Origin: Pseudomonas aeruginosa PAO1
GTDB lineage: Bacteria; Pseudomonadota; Gammaproteobacteria; Pseudomonadales; Pseudomonadaceae
Length of the DNA stretch: 64,000 nt
NCBI RefSeq assembly: GCF_000006765.1
Contig: NC_002516.2
Direction: 5' to 3' (one strand)
Part shown: one piece after another, positions 1-9,960 of the stretch
Numbering within the stretch: the first letter of the stretch is position 1
How the letters are laid out: the number at the start of each line of letters is the position of its first letter
The notes under the pieces: model-generated
What the model was told of the DNA's origin: nothing
What the model saw: the letters and a program-made list of their open reading frames with translations, nothing else
Databases searched by the model: none
Made by a program: the position numbers and the translations under genes

Positions 1-2
1 TC

Positions 3-934
<932 letters not shown>

Positions 935-965
935 GGCGCAGGCGGATGCTGCGCCTCATCCGGTA

Positions 966-1832
966 CTACAGGTTGGAACGGAGCCGCCACAGTTCGGGGA
1001 AGAGGATGGTATCGAGCATGCTGCGCAGATACCCCACTCCCTCGGTTCCGCCCGTGCCGGGTTTGAAACCGATGATGCGCTCCACCGTGGTCACGTGACG
1101 GAAGCGCCACTGGCGGAACGAGTCCTCCAGGTCGATCAGTTTCTCCGCCAGCTGATACAGGTCCCAGTAGCGTTCCGGCGCCTGGTAGACCTGTCGCCAC
1201 GCCGCCTCCACCGAGGCCTCGTAACAGGTGCCGGCCGCCGCGTCCCGGGCGAGCCGCTCCTGGCTTACCGGCAACCCCTGGGCGGCCATCAGGCGGATCG
1301 CTTCGTCGTATAGCGACGGCGTATGCAGGGCCTGCTCCAGGGCCGCCAGCAGCTCGGCACGGTGAGCATGGGGCTTGAGCAGGGTGGCGTTCTTGTTGCC
1401 GAGGATGAATTCGATCTCGCGGTACTGGTAGGACTGGAAACCGGAAGACTGGCCCAGGTACGGGCGGATGGTGTTGTACTCGGTCGGCGTCATGGTCGCC
1501 AGCACCGCCCAGGCGTGTACCAGCTGGTCGAAGATCCGCGAGACCCTGGCGAGCATTTTCAGCGCCGGACCGAGCTTGCCTGACTTGACGTGCTCCCGGG
1601 CGGCTCGCAGTTCGTGGAGCATCAGCTTCATCCATAGCTCCGAGGTCTGGTGCTGGATGATGAACAGCATTTCGTTGTGGTCGGGCGAAAGCGGGAACTG
1701 GGCGTCCAGGACCTTGTCCAGCTTCAGGTAATCGCCGTAGCTCATCGCATGGGTGAAGTCCAGGGCGGCGTTATGCCACTCAGCCTCTCCGTCCGTTTCT
1801 CCCTGGGCCTGGGAGTGAGGGCAAGGACACAT
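966..1832 (-). CDS. kynA: Tryptophan 2,3-dioxygenase
   Basis: [50 protein letters not shown]; start placed at MCPCPHS (1832). Confidence 0.96.
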   Translation of the reverse strand: MCPCPHSQAQGETDGEAEWHNAALDFTHAMSYGDYLKLDKVLDAQFPLSPDHNEMLFIIQHQTSELWMKLMLHELRAAREHVKSGKLGPALKMLARVSRIFDQLVHAWAVLATMTPTEYNTIRPYLGQSSGFQSYQYREIEFILGNKNATLLKPHAHRAELLAALEQALHTPSLYDEAIRLMAAQGLPVSQERLARDAAAGTCYEASVEAAWRQVYQAPERYWDLYQLAEKLIDLEDSFRQWRFRHVTTVERIIGFKPGTGGTEGVGYLRSMLDTILFPELWRLRSNL

Positions 1833-1948
1833 GTGAATCTCCTGAATTCGGCGGCAGGCGTCGGAAGTCGATGAGCGACCTGCCGGCAACGTTGTCGGGG
1901 GTGGCTTCGACACGGTCGAAAGCGCGCTCATTTTACGATGCGCCCATT

Positions 1949-1958
1949 CGAATATTCG
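1949..1958. promoter_or_regulatory. Perfect palindrome CGAATATTCG upstream of kynA (candidate operator)
   Basis: 10-bp palindrome ~120 bp upstream of the kynA start; related CGAATTTCG at 2021-2029. Confidence 0.35.
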
Positions 1959-2157
1959 TGCAAAGCATCCTTTCCTGCCCGTCCCCGATGAAATCTAATT
2001 CGACGGATCGATGGAAAAATCGAATTTCGGATCACTCGCGGGTCGTGGCCGAGAAAAGCCCGGATAGCGGATCCGTGACCATTAGGCCTCGTCCCGAGAG
2101 CCTGGATTTCGACCCGCCACTCCATCCAGCGAAGCGACACGAGGCCCGCCGTCGAAC

Positions 2158-2748
2158 TCAGCCGGCGCGCCCGAACACCCTGTCCAGGTGCGCCTGGTAG
2201 GCAGCGACGGTAGCCGGGACGTCCGGGCGCTTCATCACATCCACCGCGAGGAACGTCGGCAGGCCGGACATGCCGAGGAACTGGTTGGCCTTGTGGAAGG
2301 GGAAATACACCGCATCCACGCCTTTTCCTTCGAAGAAGTCGCTCGGATCGTCGAACGCCTGCCGTGGTGCATTCCAGGTCGCCGAGATCATGTAGCGCTT
2401 GCCCTGCACCAGACCGCCGCTGCCATATTTCTGCGTGCTGTCGGAGCGGGTACGACCGTCGTTGGCATAGAGGCTGCCGTGTCCGGCCGTGAAGACTTCG
2501 TCGATGTAGCGCTTCACTGTCCACGGGGCGCCCATCCACCAGCCGGGCATCTGGTAGATCACCACGTCGGCCCAGAGGAACTTGTCCACCTCCGTCGGGA
2601 TATCATAGCCACCGTCGATGAAGGTCTGGCGCAGGTCGAAGCCACGGCGGTCCAGATGGGCCAGGGCGGTTTCGTGCAGGGTCTGGTTGAGGCGACCGTC
2701 GGAATGGGCGAAACGCTTTCCGCCGTTGAGCAGGAGAATGTTTTTCAT
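2158..2748 (-). CDS. mdaB: NAD(P)H:quinone oxidoreductase, flavodoxin-like (modulator of drug activity B)
   Basis: MKNILLLNGGKRFAHSDGRLN, QMPGWWMGAPWTVKRYIDEVF, YMISATWNAP. Confidence 0.92.
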   Translation of the reverse strand: MKNILLLNGGKRFAHSDGRLNQTLHETALAHLDRRGFDLRQTFIDGGYDIPTEVDKFLWADVVIYQMPGWWMGAPWTVKRYIDEVFTAGHGSLYANDGRTRSDSTQKYGSGGLVQGKRYMISATWNAPRQAFDDPSDFFEGKGVDAVYFPFHKANQFLGMSGLPTFLAVDVMKRPDVPATVAAYQAHLDRVFGRAG

Positions 2749-3171
2749 GGTGTTCCGTACATGCTGGAACCGCAGCGGATATGCCTGCCGATCCCGGGTT
2801 GAAGAGAGCGGCAGGTTAGATAGGCGCAGGGAACGGAAAAAGTCGTACGGCGGTAAAACAGATTTGATCCGCACTCACGAATCGCCAGAAGAGCTGGGAT
2901 GCGCGTCTTCATTGCGCCCCCACGCAGCCAGCCCTCGATGACCGGCACGAACTCTACCCGCAGCGAGCCATCACCAACGCAGTACGCACTGGCTCGCCAG
3001 CATTCGAACGCATGTGAGTACCCAGGATTGCAGCAACAGGCTGTGACGCGCTCGACTCAAACGCTCCTTCCTACGCGCGGGACGAACGCTCCTTGGGAAT
3101 CCGCAAGGAGTAGATTAGGATTCTTCCCGCACTCGCCTTAAGTCATTGGCCCGTATAGATAAGGATATCTC

Positions 3172-4212
3172 ATGAAAACCATCGCTCGGCGTCTGAGCCC
3201 CTTCGCGATCCTGCTCCCGGCAAGCCTGTTGTCAGCCTGCGCCTCCCTAGGCAACGCCGGACTCGGCGGCTCCCAGCAGAACCCCACCAACCAGCTCCTG
3301 AACATGATCGATGAGGCTACCCGCGAAGGCATGTCCGTGGTGCTGGTACCGGCACTCATGCCCAACAAGAGCGTGACGGACCTCTCCAGCTACTCGCATC
3401 GGGTCATATTCAAGAACAAGGACGTGCCCGGGATCGCCTACATGCAGGCCTTTGCCAACAACGACCTGGAGAAGATCAAGGAAGCCGTCTATCTGTGGGA
3501 CTTCCTCGAGGTCAACATCGTCCCGCCGGGAACCTACCTGCTGTCCGGAGGGATCGACTACAAGATCGACAGCACCCTTGCCCAGATCAAGGCGCCAAAG
3601 GGGCAGCCGGCTGCCAGCCCACTTGGTTCGGTGAACCTGTCCGCCGTGCTGTATCGCCGGTTCGTGAAGGAGAACTACTGGCGCGACGCCTCCTATGCAG
3701 ACAAAACCTACACACAGAATGTCTGCAGCGCCGTGCACATGGCCTCCGGCCAATGCGTGGGCTGGACCGAGCAGCAATACAGCCAGCGGGAAATGGTCTC
3801 GGATGCCGGTTGGGCCGAAGGCACGAAGATCGAGGATGTTCCCTCCATCAAGCTGCAAGCGCAGATACCCGACGCCTATGCCCCGCTGTCCTTCACCATT
3901 CAGCCTGGGCAGATCCTGCTCAGCGATCGGTTCCACTTGAAGACCCCGGCCGTGAGCTATGCCAGGAAGACCTGCAAGGCCGTGGACACGCAAAACATCA
4001 AGTGCGCCTTGCAGGATATCCAGGTCTTCATGAGGCCAGCGCCCATGGAGCTGACGAAAAGGTTCATCGATCGCGAGCAGCCAAGGCTGGATGAAACGGG
4101 CCGCCAGGTGCTCGCGCGGATCCAGCCGATGAAAACCGAGATACTCGGCGAAGCAGGCATGGAAGACCTGACCTGGGGCCTGCCGGTTTCCTTGAAACGC
4201 AAGGCAAGATGA
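3172..4212 (+). CDS. Hypothetical lipoprotein (PA2581-like)
   Basis: 346-aa ORF, AAGGA RBS, signal peptide with lipobox LSAC (Cys23). Confidence 0.8.
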   Translation: MKTIARRLSPFAILLPASLLSACASLGNAGLGGSQQNPTNQLLNMIDEATREGMSVVLVPALMPNKSVTDLSSYSHRVIFKNKDVPGIAYMQAFANNDLEKIKEAVYLWDFLEVNIVPPGTYLLSGGIDYKIDSTLAQIKAPKGQPAASPLGSVNLSAVLYRRFVKENYWRDASYADKTYTQNVCSAVHMASGQCVGWTEQQYSQREMVSDAGWAEGTKIEDVPSIKLQAQIPDAYAPLSFTIQPGQILLSDRFHLKTPAVSYARKTCKAVDTQNIKCALQDIQVFMRPAPMELTKRFIDREQPRLDETGRQVLARIQPMKTEILGEAGMEDLTWGLPVSLKRKAR

Positions 4213-4562
4213 AACGGGCCCTCCGCCGAGCGCCTTCCGCTCGCGGTCGCCACAACGGTTGATCGATAGAGGCCCGGAAGGCAGGCGGCAGGACAGACCG
4301 GCTCGGCTGGTCATGTTCGATGACGCCCAGCCGATGACCGACCCAGACCGGATCTTGCGTCCAGATGAAAGCCGCGCACGGGGCTGGATTGCAGGCAACG
4401 GCCGAAAACGTGACAGGTGCTGGGGTACTCCTCGGACACTCCGGGAAAGTAGCAATTACGGAGCGGTTATCGGGAAAGGGAGGCGGTTGCGAGACCGTAA
4501 AAGTATGAAAGCGTTATGGGGGCACCCCAAGGAACTTGCTTCAGCAATACCGGACAGGAAAG

Positions 4563-4600
4563 AAAAAAGCCCCGTAACTCACTGAGCTACGGGGCTTTCC
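4563..4600 (-). terminator. Rho-independent terminator of tRNA-Cys
   Basis: Minus strand AAAGCCCCGTAGCTCAGTGAGTTACGGGGCTTTTTT: GC stem followed by U6. Confidence 0.85.
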
Positions 4601-4603
4601 TGT

Positions 4604-4677
4604 TGGAGGCTGAGGTCGGAATCGAACCGGCGTTCACGGATTTGCAATCCGGTGCATAACCACTCTGCTACTCAGCC
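4604..4677 (-). tRNA. tRNA-Cys(GCA)
   Basis: GGCTGAGTAGCAGAGTGG...GATTGCAAATC...GGTTCGATTCC...CCTCCA, 74 nt, encoded CCA. Confidence 0.98.
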
Positions 4678-4743
4678 TTTGAGCGAAGCGACATGCGTTT
4701 GGCATATCGCTGAAATCTCTTTCCTGACGCGACTTTGAACTTA

Positions 4744-4756
4744 TAACCCTTTGATT
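4744..4756. promoter_or_regulatory. IHF consensus site
   Basis: TAACCCTTTGATT matches YAANNNNTTGATW exactly. Confidence 0.5.
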
Positions 4757-4796
4757 TAAAAAGATTTTTAGCTCACCCATCGCTGGAATGGACGCA

Positions 4797-4825
4797 ATTA
4801 TGGACGGATTCGCCGGGCTTGGCAA
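4797..4825 (-). promoter_or_regulatory. Sigma70 promoter for tRNA-Cys
   Basis: TTGCCA-N17-CATAAT on the minus strand. Confidence 0.7.
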
Positions 4826-4966
4826 GCGCTCTACGAAAAAAACTTTGCAGATCAGGCTATTGCGTAGCACAAGCCGGGAGAAACGGGCCCAGACGTCCGC
4901 GAAATGGGCCCGCAGCGACCGGCAACCGAGAGGCGCGTCAGGATCCGACGCGCCCTGCCCCGGCGA

Positions 4967-5500
4967 TCAGTTCGCCTCGGGGCTCGCTTCGGTTGCGGGC
5001 GCTTCAGGCGTCGGCGCCTCCGTGGCGGCCGGCGCTTCGCCACCCGCCTGTGCACGCTTGGCGCGCTTCTCGCGCATCTGCTCGCGCTGCCGGCGAGACG
5101 CCTGCCGCCGCGCATACACCGCCTGCTCGGCGGTTACCTTGCCGGCAACCTGGCCTTGCAGATCCAGTCGCGGCGCATCTTCCACCATACAACTCCAGTA
5201 GCGGCTGCCCTGGCACCAGGTGGCGATGGCCTGTTTCAGTTGTTCGGCGGTGATTCCCAGTAGTTCGAGGTGCTGCTGCGCATCCTGGAGAATACCCTGC
5301 TTGAGCGGAACCTTGGCCGCGGGACTTTTCGGAAACGCCAGCGGAAAATGCCGTTGCAGCCTCCAGATAGCCTCGACTCCCGGCTCGACGGCTTCACGTT
5401 TCTTCGCGCGTCCCGCGGAGCTTTTGGTTTGAGCCGGTTTCGCCTGCGCCGCCTGTGCGCGCAGACGGTCTCTCAGCTCGGCAAGTTGTTCAAAACCCAT
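4967..5500 (-). CDS. proQ: ProQ/FinO-domain RNA chaperone (PA2582-like)
   Basis: FPLAFP...KVPLKQGILQD...YWSCMVEDAPRLDLQG...VTAEQAVYAR is the FinO core; EAP-rich tail. Confidence 0.85.
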   Translation of the reverse strand: MGFEQLAELRDRLRAQAAQAKPAQTKSSAGRAKKREAVEPGVEAIWRLQRHFPLAFPKSPAAKVPLKQGILQDAQQHLELLGITAEQLKQAIATWCQGSRYWSCMVEDAPRLDLQGQVAGKVTAEQAVYARRQASRRQREQMREKRAKRAQAGGEAPAATEAPTPEAPATEASPEAN

Positions 5501-5590
5501 CGTTCGCTTCACTAGTGCTGGTTCATTTCTGCGAGAGATTACCCGATACATCCGCTCGCGGCACGCAAAACGGCAACCAGTCGGGCACTT

Positions 5591-8569
5591 TCATTGCGAA
5601 TCGACGCTCGTAGGCATGAGCGGCTCTCCCCCGTTCAGCGCCCGAGCGAGCTCATCGAGCGTAGTCGGCTTGAACAGGACCCGGTCCATGCCGGCAGCCA
5701 GGCAACGCTCCAGCGCATCCTTCTCGGCGCTGGCGGTAAGCGCTATCACCAAGCAGCGACGCCGACCGCCAAGGGCTTCTTGCGACCGGATCCGTCGCGC
5801 CAGCTCGTAGCCATCCATCCGCGGCATCATGCCGTCGGTAATCACGACGTCGAAGTCTTCGCCCTGCCAACGTTCGAATGCTTCCTCGCCATCTTCCGTG
5901 GAGGTCACCCGGTGCCCAAGGCTTTCCAATTGCATGGTCAGGGTCAGCCGATTGAACGGATGGTCTTCCGCAAGCAATATCGAGAGCGCCCTTGCCTCTT
6001 TCCGCTCCTCGACCTCGGCAACTCCGGAACGCGCTTCGCTGGACTCGCTGGGCGGAGGCTCGGTCAGCGGAAGATCGAACTCGACCGAGAAGCAGGAGCC
6101 GTTGCCCAGTTCGCTGCGCAGGCTGATCTGGCCGCCCATCAGGTGCACCAGGCGTCGGCTGATATACAACCCCAGGCCGCTGCCGGACGCCTGGCCAAGC
6201 GCAGGCGAGCCGACCTGCGAGAATGGCCGGAACAGCCTGGCCTGGTCCTCCTCCGAAATACCGAGGCCGGTGTCGCTTACCTCGAGCAGCAAATGAAGCC
6301 TCTCCGCCTCGCGCCGCCCCACCGCCCGCACCGTTACCCCTCCGCGCTCGGTGAACTTGATGGCATTGCCCAGCAGGTTGAACAACACCTGCTTGAAATG
6401 CAGGGGATCCACCAGCACCCATTGCTCGAGATCCCCGTCGAGTTCCAGTGCCAGGGAAAGATTCTTCTGCCGCGTCAGCCCACCAACCAGCGGCAGGATT
6501 CCTCTGATCAACTCGCCAGGAAGCACTGGTTCGGGAGCGGAATCGAACCGACCGGATTCGATCCGCGACAAATCGAGAATATTGCCCAGCAGAAGCAGCA
6601 ACCCCTGGGCCGCCTCTTGGGCAATGCTCAGCGAATCTAGGTCCAACACGCCCTTCTCGCCCTTTTTCAGCACCAGTTCCTGCAGGCCGATGACCGCATT
6701 CAATGGCGTACGGATCTCGTGACTCATCGTCGAAAGAAACACGCTCTTGGCACGGTTGGCAGTGTCGGCTTGCTCTTCTGCCTGGCGGGTCTTGCGCACC
6801 TGGCGCATCAGGTAGAAACCCCAGATGAGGGAGATGGAAATCAGTACGCCGAACAATCCGCCGATCTGCAGAATCTTGCTCCGGTGATCGCGCCAGAAGT
6901 CCGCCCCTCCCTTGGCGAAGCGAGGCTCCCAGCGGTGGAGGATTTCCGCCACTTCTTCCGGAGCGATCGCCAGCTGCGCCTTCTCCAGGATGCCCTGCAG
7001 CTCCGGCTGGTTCCTCGCCACGCCGATGCTGATCGGGATGGAGAGGTCATCGAGGATACCGACGACCTGGATCCGGTTGTCGAAATGCTGGGCGGACAGA
7101 TAGCGACCGGTATAGTCGCTGCTGATGGCGGCCTCGCTCTGGCCGGCGTCTACGCTGCGCATGGCGGCGAGGAAGGTCGGATAGACCTGGAGCTTGATCT
7201 CCGGGTGTTCGCGTCGAATGAAGTCGTTGAGAAAATAGCCAATCGTCGTCGCCAATCGCTTGCCCGCCAGGTCCGCGAGGCCATGGACACGCCCCACCCT
7301 TTCATCCCGGCCACCCTGGCGGGCGCCCATCAGCACCGTGGCGCTGCGTAGATAGGGCGTCAGCACTTCGAGGCCGGAATCGAAGCGCTCCGACGAAGGC
7401 ATGGTCGGCGTAACCAGTGCCTCCTCCGCATCCAGTCGACTTTTCGTCTCGACGAAGTTCCGTGCTCCAGTGAAGGAAAACCGCAGGCCACTGCGCTTGC
7501 CGATCAGGTCCAGATAGTCACGCCCGATACCACTCAGCCTCCCCTCGTTATCCAGTTGCCCGAGCGCGCCAAGGGAATGGTTGATCACCACCGGCACGAC
7601 CGGGTGCGCGGAGAGCCAACGCTGCTCCGCCGGCGACAGCGTCACCCGGGGCTCGTCGAAGCGCAGGCGCCGCCCGGCGCTCCAGCTGCGCAACAGTTCG
7701 TCGCCGTAGCGCCCGCTAATATGCGGCAGGGCGCGATCGATGAGCGCGAGCAGAGGTTCGTCACCTGGCCGGAGCAGGAAACGGAAACCCTGGCTGTCGA
7801 TGGGTGCGAAGTTCTCGATGCGCAAGTTCAGCAGGTAATGGGTCTGGATGAGGTAGTGCGTGGAAACTGCGTCCCCCAGCACGCCATCGACATCCCCCAT
7901 GCTCAGCGCTTCCAGGGCAAGCTGCGGCGAGTCGAACCAGATGATCCTGCTGTGCGGATAGGCAGCTTTGATACGTTCGGCGGGAAGATAGCCCTTGACC
8001 GTGGCCAGCCAGGACTCCGCCTGCGAATCGAACGGGGCACCGCTGGAAGACACCAGTACCGGCCGGTCGGAAAGATACGCAGCGGATGCCAGCAAGCCGT
8101 GTTGTCGGGCCTCGACCTCGCTACCGACGCCAAGCAGGTCGATCTCCCCTTGCGACAACGCGTCGATTGCCGCCTGCCGCGACGGAAAGTCCCTGACGCG
8201 CAACGGCCGCTCGAACACCAGGGCCAGGTAATCGGCCGTGAAGCCCTTGTAGGAGCCTGCGTAGAAGATGGACAACGGCGGATAGTCGGGGGAAACCACG
8301 CCTACCGTCAGCGGCTCCCGTGCATCCAGCCACTGCCTGGCTCGTTTATCGAGCCAGGGACGCATCGTTGTCGTCGTACGCCCATCCGGCAGGATGGATT
8401 CGGCTTCGACGGGCAGCGGCTGCAGAGCGATCAGCAACAGGCAAAAGACCGCGGACAGCAACGACCTTGTCAGCATGTCGAGTCTACGATGGCAAAGTTC
8501 TCCGGCCGGACAGAAAGCAGCGCATCCGCGACCCGGAGCCTGCGGATACATCGGCAACGATGCCGCCAT
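5591..8569 (-). CDS. Hybrid sensor histidine kinase with two periplasmic SBP domains, HisKA, HATPase and receiver (BvgS/EvgS-like; PA2583-like)
   Basis: H-box MSHEIRTPLN, N-box NLLGNAIKFT, G boxes DTGLG and GSGLGL, receiver DVVITDGMMPRMDG; the real start may be ATG 8476 (MLTRSLL signal/TM segment). Confidence 0.92.
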   Translation of the reverse strand: MAASLPMYPQAPGRGCAAFCPAGELCHRRLDMLTRSLLSAVFCLLLIALQPLPVEAESILPDGRTTTTMRPWLDKRARQWLDAREPLTVGVVSPDYPPLSIFYAGSYKGFTADYLALVFERPLRVRDFPSRQAAIDALSQGEIDLLGVGSEVEARQHGLLASAAYLSDRPVLVSSSGAPFDSQAESWLATVKGYLPAERIKAAYPHSRIIWFDSPQLALEALSMGDVDGVLGDAVSTHYLIQTHYLLNLRIENFAPIDSQGFRFLLRPGDEPLLALIDRALPHISGRYGDELLRSWSAGRRLRFDEPRVTLSPAEQRWLSAHPVVPVVINHSLGALGQLDNEGRLSGIGRDYLDLIGKRSGLRFSFTGARNFVETKSRLDAEEALVTPTMPSSERFDSGLEVLTPYLRSATVLMGARQGGRDERVGRVHGLADLAGKRLATTIGYFLNDFIRREHPEIKLQVYPTFLAAMRSVDAGQSEAAISSDYTGRYLSAQHFDNRIQVVGILDDLSIPISIGVARNQPELQGILEKAQLAIAPEEVAEILHRWEPRFAKGGADFWRDHRSKILQIGGLFGVLISISLIWGFYLMRQVRKTRQAEEQADTANRAKSVFLSTMSHEIRTPLNAVIGLQELVLKKGEKGVLDLDSLSIAQEAAQGLLLLLGNILDLSRIESGRFDSAPEPVLPGELIRGILPLVGGLTRQKNLSLALELDGDLEQWVLVDPLHFKQVLFNLLGNAIKFTERGGVTVRAVGRREAERLHLLLEVSDTGLGISEEDQARLFRPFSQVGSPALGQASGSGLGLYISRRLVHLMGGQISLRSELGNGSCFSVEFDLPLTEPPPSESSEARSGVAEVEERKEARALSILLAEDHPFNRLTLTMQLESLGHRVTSTEDGEEAFERWQGEDFDVVITDGMMPRMDGYELARRIRSQEALGGRRRCLVIALTASAEKDALERCLAAGMDRVLFKPTTLDELARALNGGEPLMPTSVDSQ

Positions 8570-8711
8570 GTTAGCAGGTAGATGGATACTTTTCCCAGGA
8601 ACCCACGCCTGTCGACACTCGCTCTGGCAGCCGCCTTATGCCCGGCTCGCGAAAACCCTCGACTCTTTCGCGTCGCCGGCTAGATCGATGAAGCCGCTTG
8701 CGATGACGTGC

Positions 8712-8889
8712 GCACTGGCCGTGGCATGCCTGCACTCGAAAGCCCAGTTCGAGCCGCACATCGCCGAGGGCAACTGGTAGCGTGCTGGAAGGTTGGTGCG
8801 ATCCATTCCCGGGCTATTACCTCCATCACCCAAGTCAGAGGCAACCTTCGCCGACCTTCTCAGTGGTCGTCGAAGCGCTGCGATACCGA
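8712..8889 (+). pseudogene. Decayed 3' fragment of a LysR-family (CrgA/PgrR-like) regulator gene
   Basis: ALAVACL..QFEPHIAEG, then a frameshift/stop at ~8770-8781, then VLEGWCDPFPGYYLHHPSQRQPSPTFSVVVEALRYR, the typical LTTR C-terminus; no HTH seen upstream. Confidence 0.75.
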
Positions 8890-9155
8890 AGCGCTGGCCT
8901 TGGGACGACTCGGTCGAACGTGGCAGCCAAAGCAACAGGCGCACGAAGGCGGTCCAAGGTGCAATGAATCGAGCCCCCTGGAGTGCGACAGCCACACTTC
9001 TGATGTGCCGAGGCAGCATCTTGCGGCAAGCCGCCTCGCTGGCGAGACGAAGGGCTTCGCGAAACGTACGGCCCCGGTCGCCGGGAAAGCGGCAAGGAGA
9101 ACCGCCCCTCGGCGCGGACGCTCCACGAACGGGTACGGGACTTGGAGGCGGAACG

Positions 9156-9180
9156 AAAAAAGGGCCCGAAGGCCCTTTCT
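9156..9180 (-). terminator. Rho-independent terminator of tRNA-Gly
   Basis: AAAGGGCC-TTCG-GGCCCTTTTTT on the minus strand. Confidence 0.9.
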
Positions 9181-9222
9181 CAATGATCTACAGACTTCAT
9201 TGGAACTCTATAGATCTATATT

Positions 9223-9298
<76 letters not shown>

Positions 9299-9319
9299 AT
9301 CGTCTTGGTGACGGGCGCC

Positions 9320-9347
9320 ATTCTATAGCATCGCGGCGCCGTGTCAA
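9320..9347 (-). promoter_or_regulatory. Sigma70 promoter for tRNA-Gly with GC-rich discriminator
   Basis: TTGACA-N16-TAGAAT-GGCGCCCG; an IHF-like CAACTCCTTGATT (9345-9357) overlaps the -35. Confidence 0.8.
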
Positions 9348-9366
9348 CTCCTTGATTCAAAAAAGT

Positions 9367-9927
9367 TTATTTCTCTTTCGGGGTGGTCGACAGATGCGGC
9401 CACGCGGCCAGCAGGTAGTGCACCATGGACCACAGGGTCAGCGCCGCGGAGATGATCAGCAGCACGTAGCCGAGAATCACCCAGAAGGTCATCAGCGGCG
9501 GATTCGCCAGGAGAATGACCAGCGCCAGCATCTGCGCCGCGGTCTTCCACTTGCCCAGGTTGGACACCGCGACCTGCGCCCTCGCCCCCAGTTCGGCCAT
9601 CCACTCACGCAAGGCGGAAACCACGATCTCGCGGCCGATGATGATCACCGCCGGCAGGGTCAGCCACAGGTTGGCGTGCTCTTCCACCAGCAAGACCAGC
9701 GCAACCGCCACCATCAGCTTGTCCGCGACCGGGTCGAGGAAGGCGCCGAACGGCGTGCTCTGGCCGAGGCGCCGGGCGAGGTAGCCGTCCAGCCAGTCGG
9801 TGGCGGCGGCCAGGGCGAACACGGCACTGGCGGTCAGGTAGCTCCAGGACGTCGGCAGATAGAACAGCAGAATGAAGATCGGAATGAGCAGGACGCGCAG
9901 TAACGTGAGCAGATTGGGGATATTCAT
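9367..9927 (-). CDS. pgsA: CDP-diacylglycerol--glycerol-3-phosphate 3-phosphatidyltransferase
   Basis: MNIPNLLT; [10 protein letters not shown]...[13 protein letters not shown]-alcohol motif; follows uvrC. Confidence 0.97.
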   Translation of the reverse strand: MNIPNLLTLLRVLLIPIFILLFYLPTSWSYLTASAVFALAAATDWLDGYLARRLGQSTPFGAFLDPVADKLMVAVALVLLVEEHANLWLTLPAVIIIGREIVVSALREWMAELGARAQVAVSNLGKWKTAAQMLALVILLANPPLMTFWVILGYVLLIISAALTLWSMVHYLLAAWPHLSTTPKEK

Positions 9928-9960
9928 CGGACCATCTAGGCTGCGAGGTGAGCCGGCATT

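Noticed and set aside
4259-4585. 108-aa ORF between the lipoprotein gene and tRNA-Cys
   Set aside because: No clear RBS, no motif, runs into the terminator
4570-4600. GCCCCGTAGCTCAG resembling a tRNA 5' half downstream of tRNA-Cys
   Set aside because: Fully explained as the terminator stem; no anticodon or T arm follows, and it does not match leuZ
8890-9183. Other short ORFs beside the LysR remnant (8636-9019, 8708-9328, 8860-9183)
   Set aside because: No recognisable similarity; no integrase motifs
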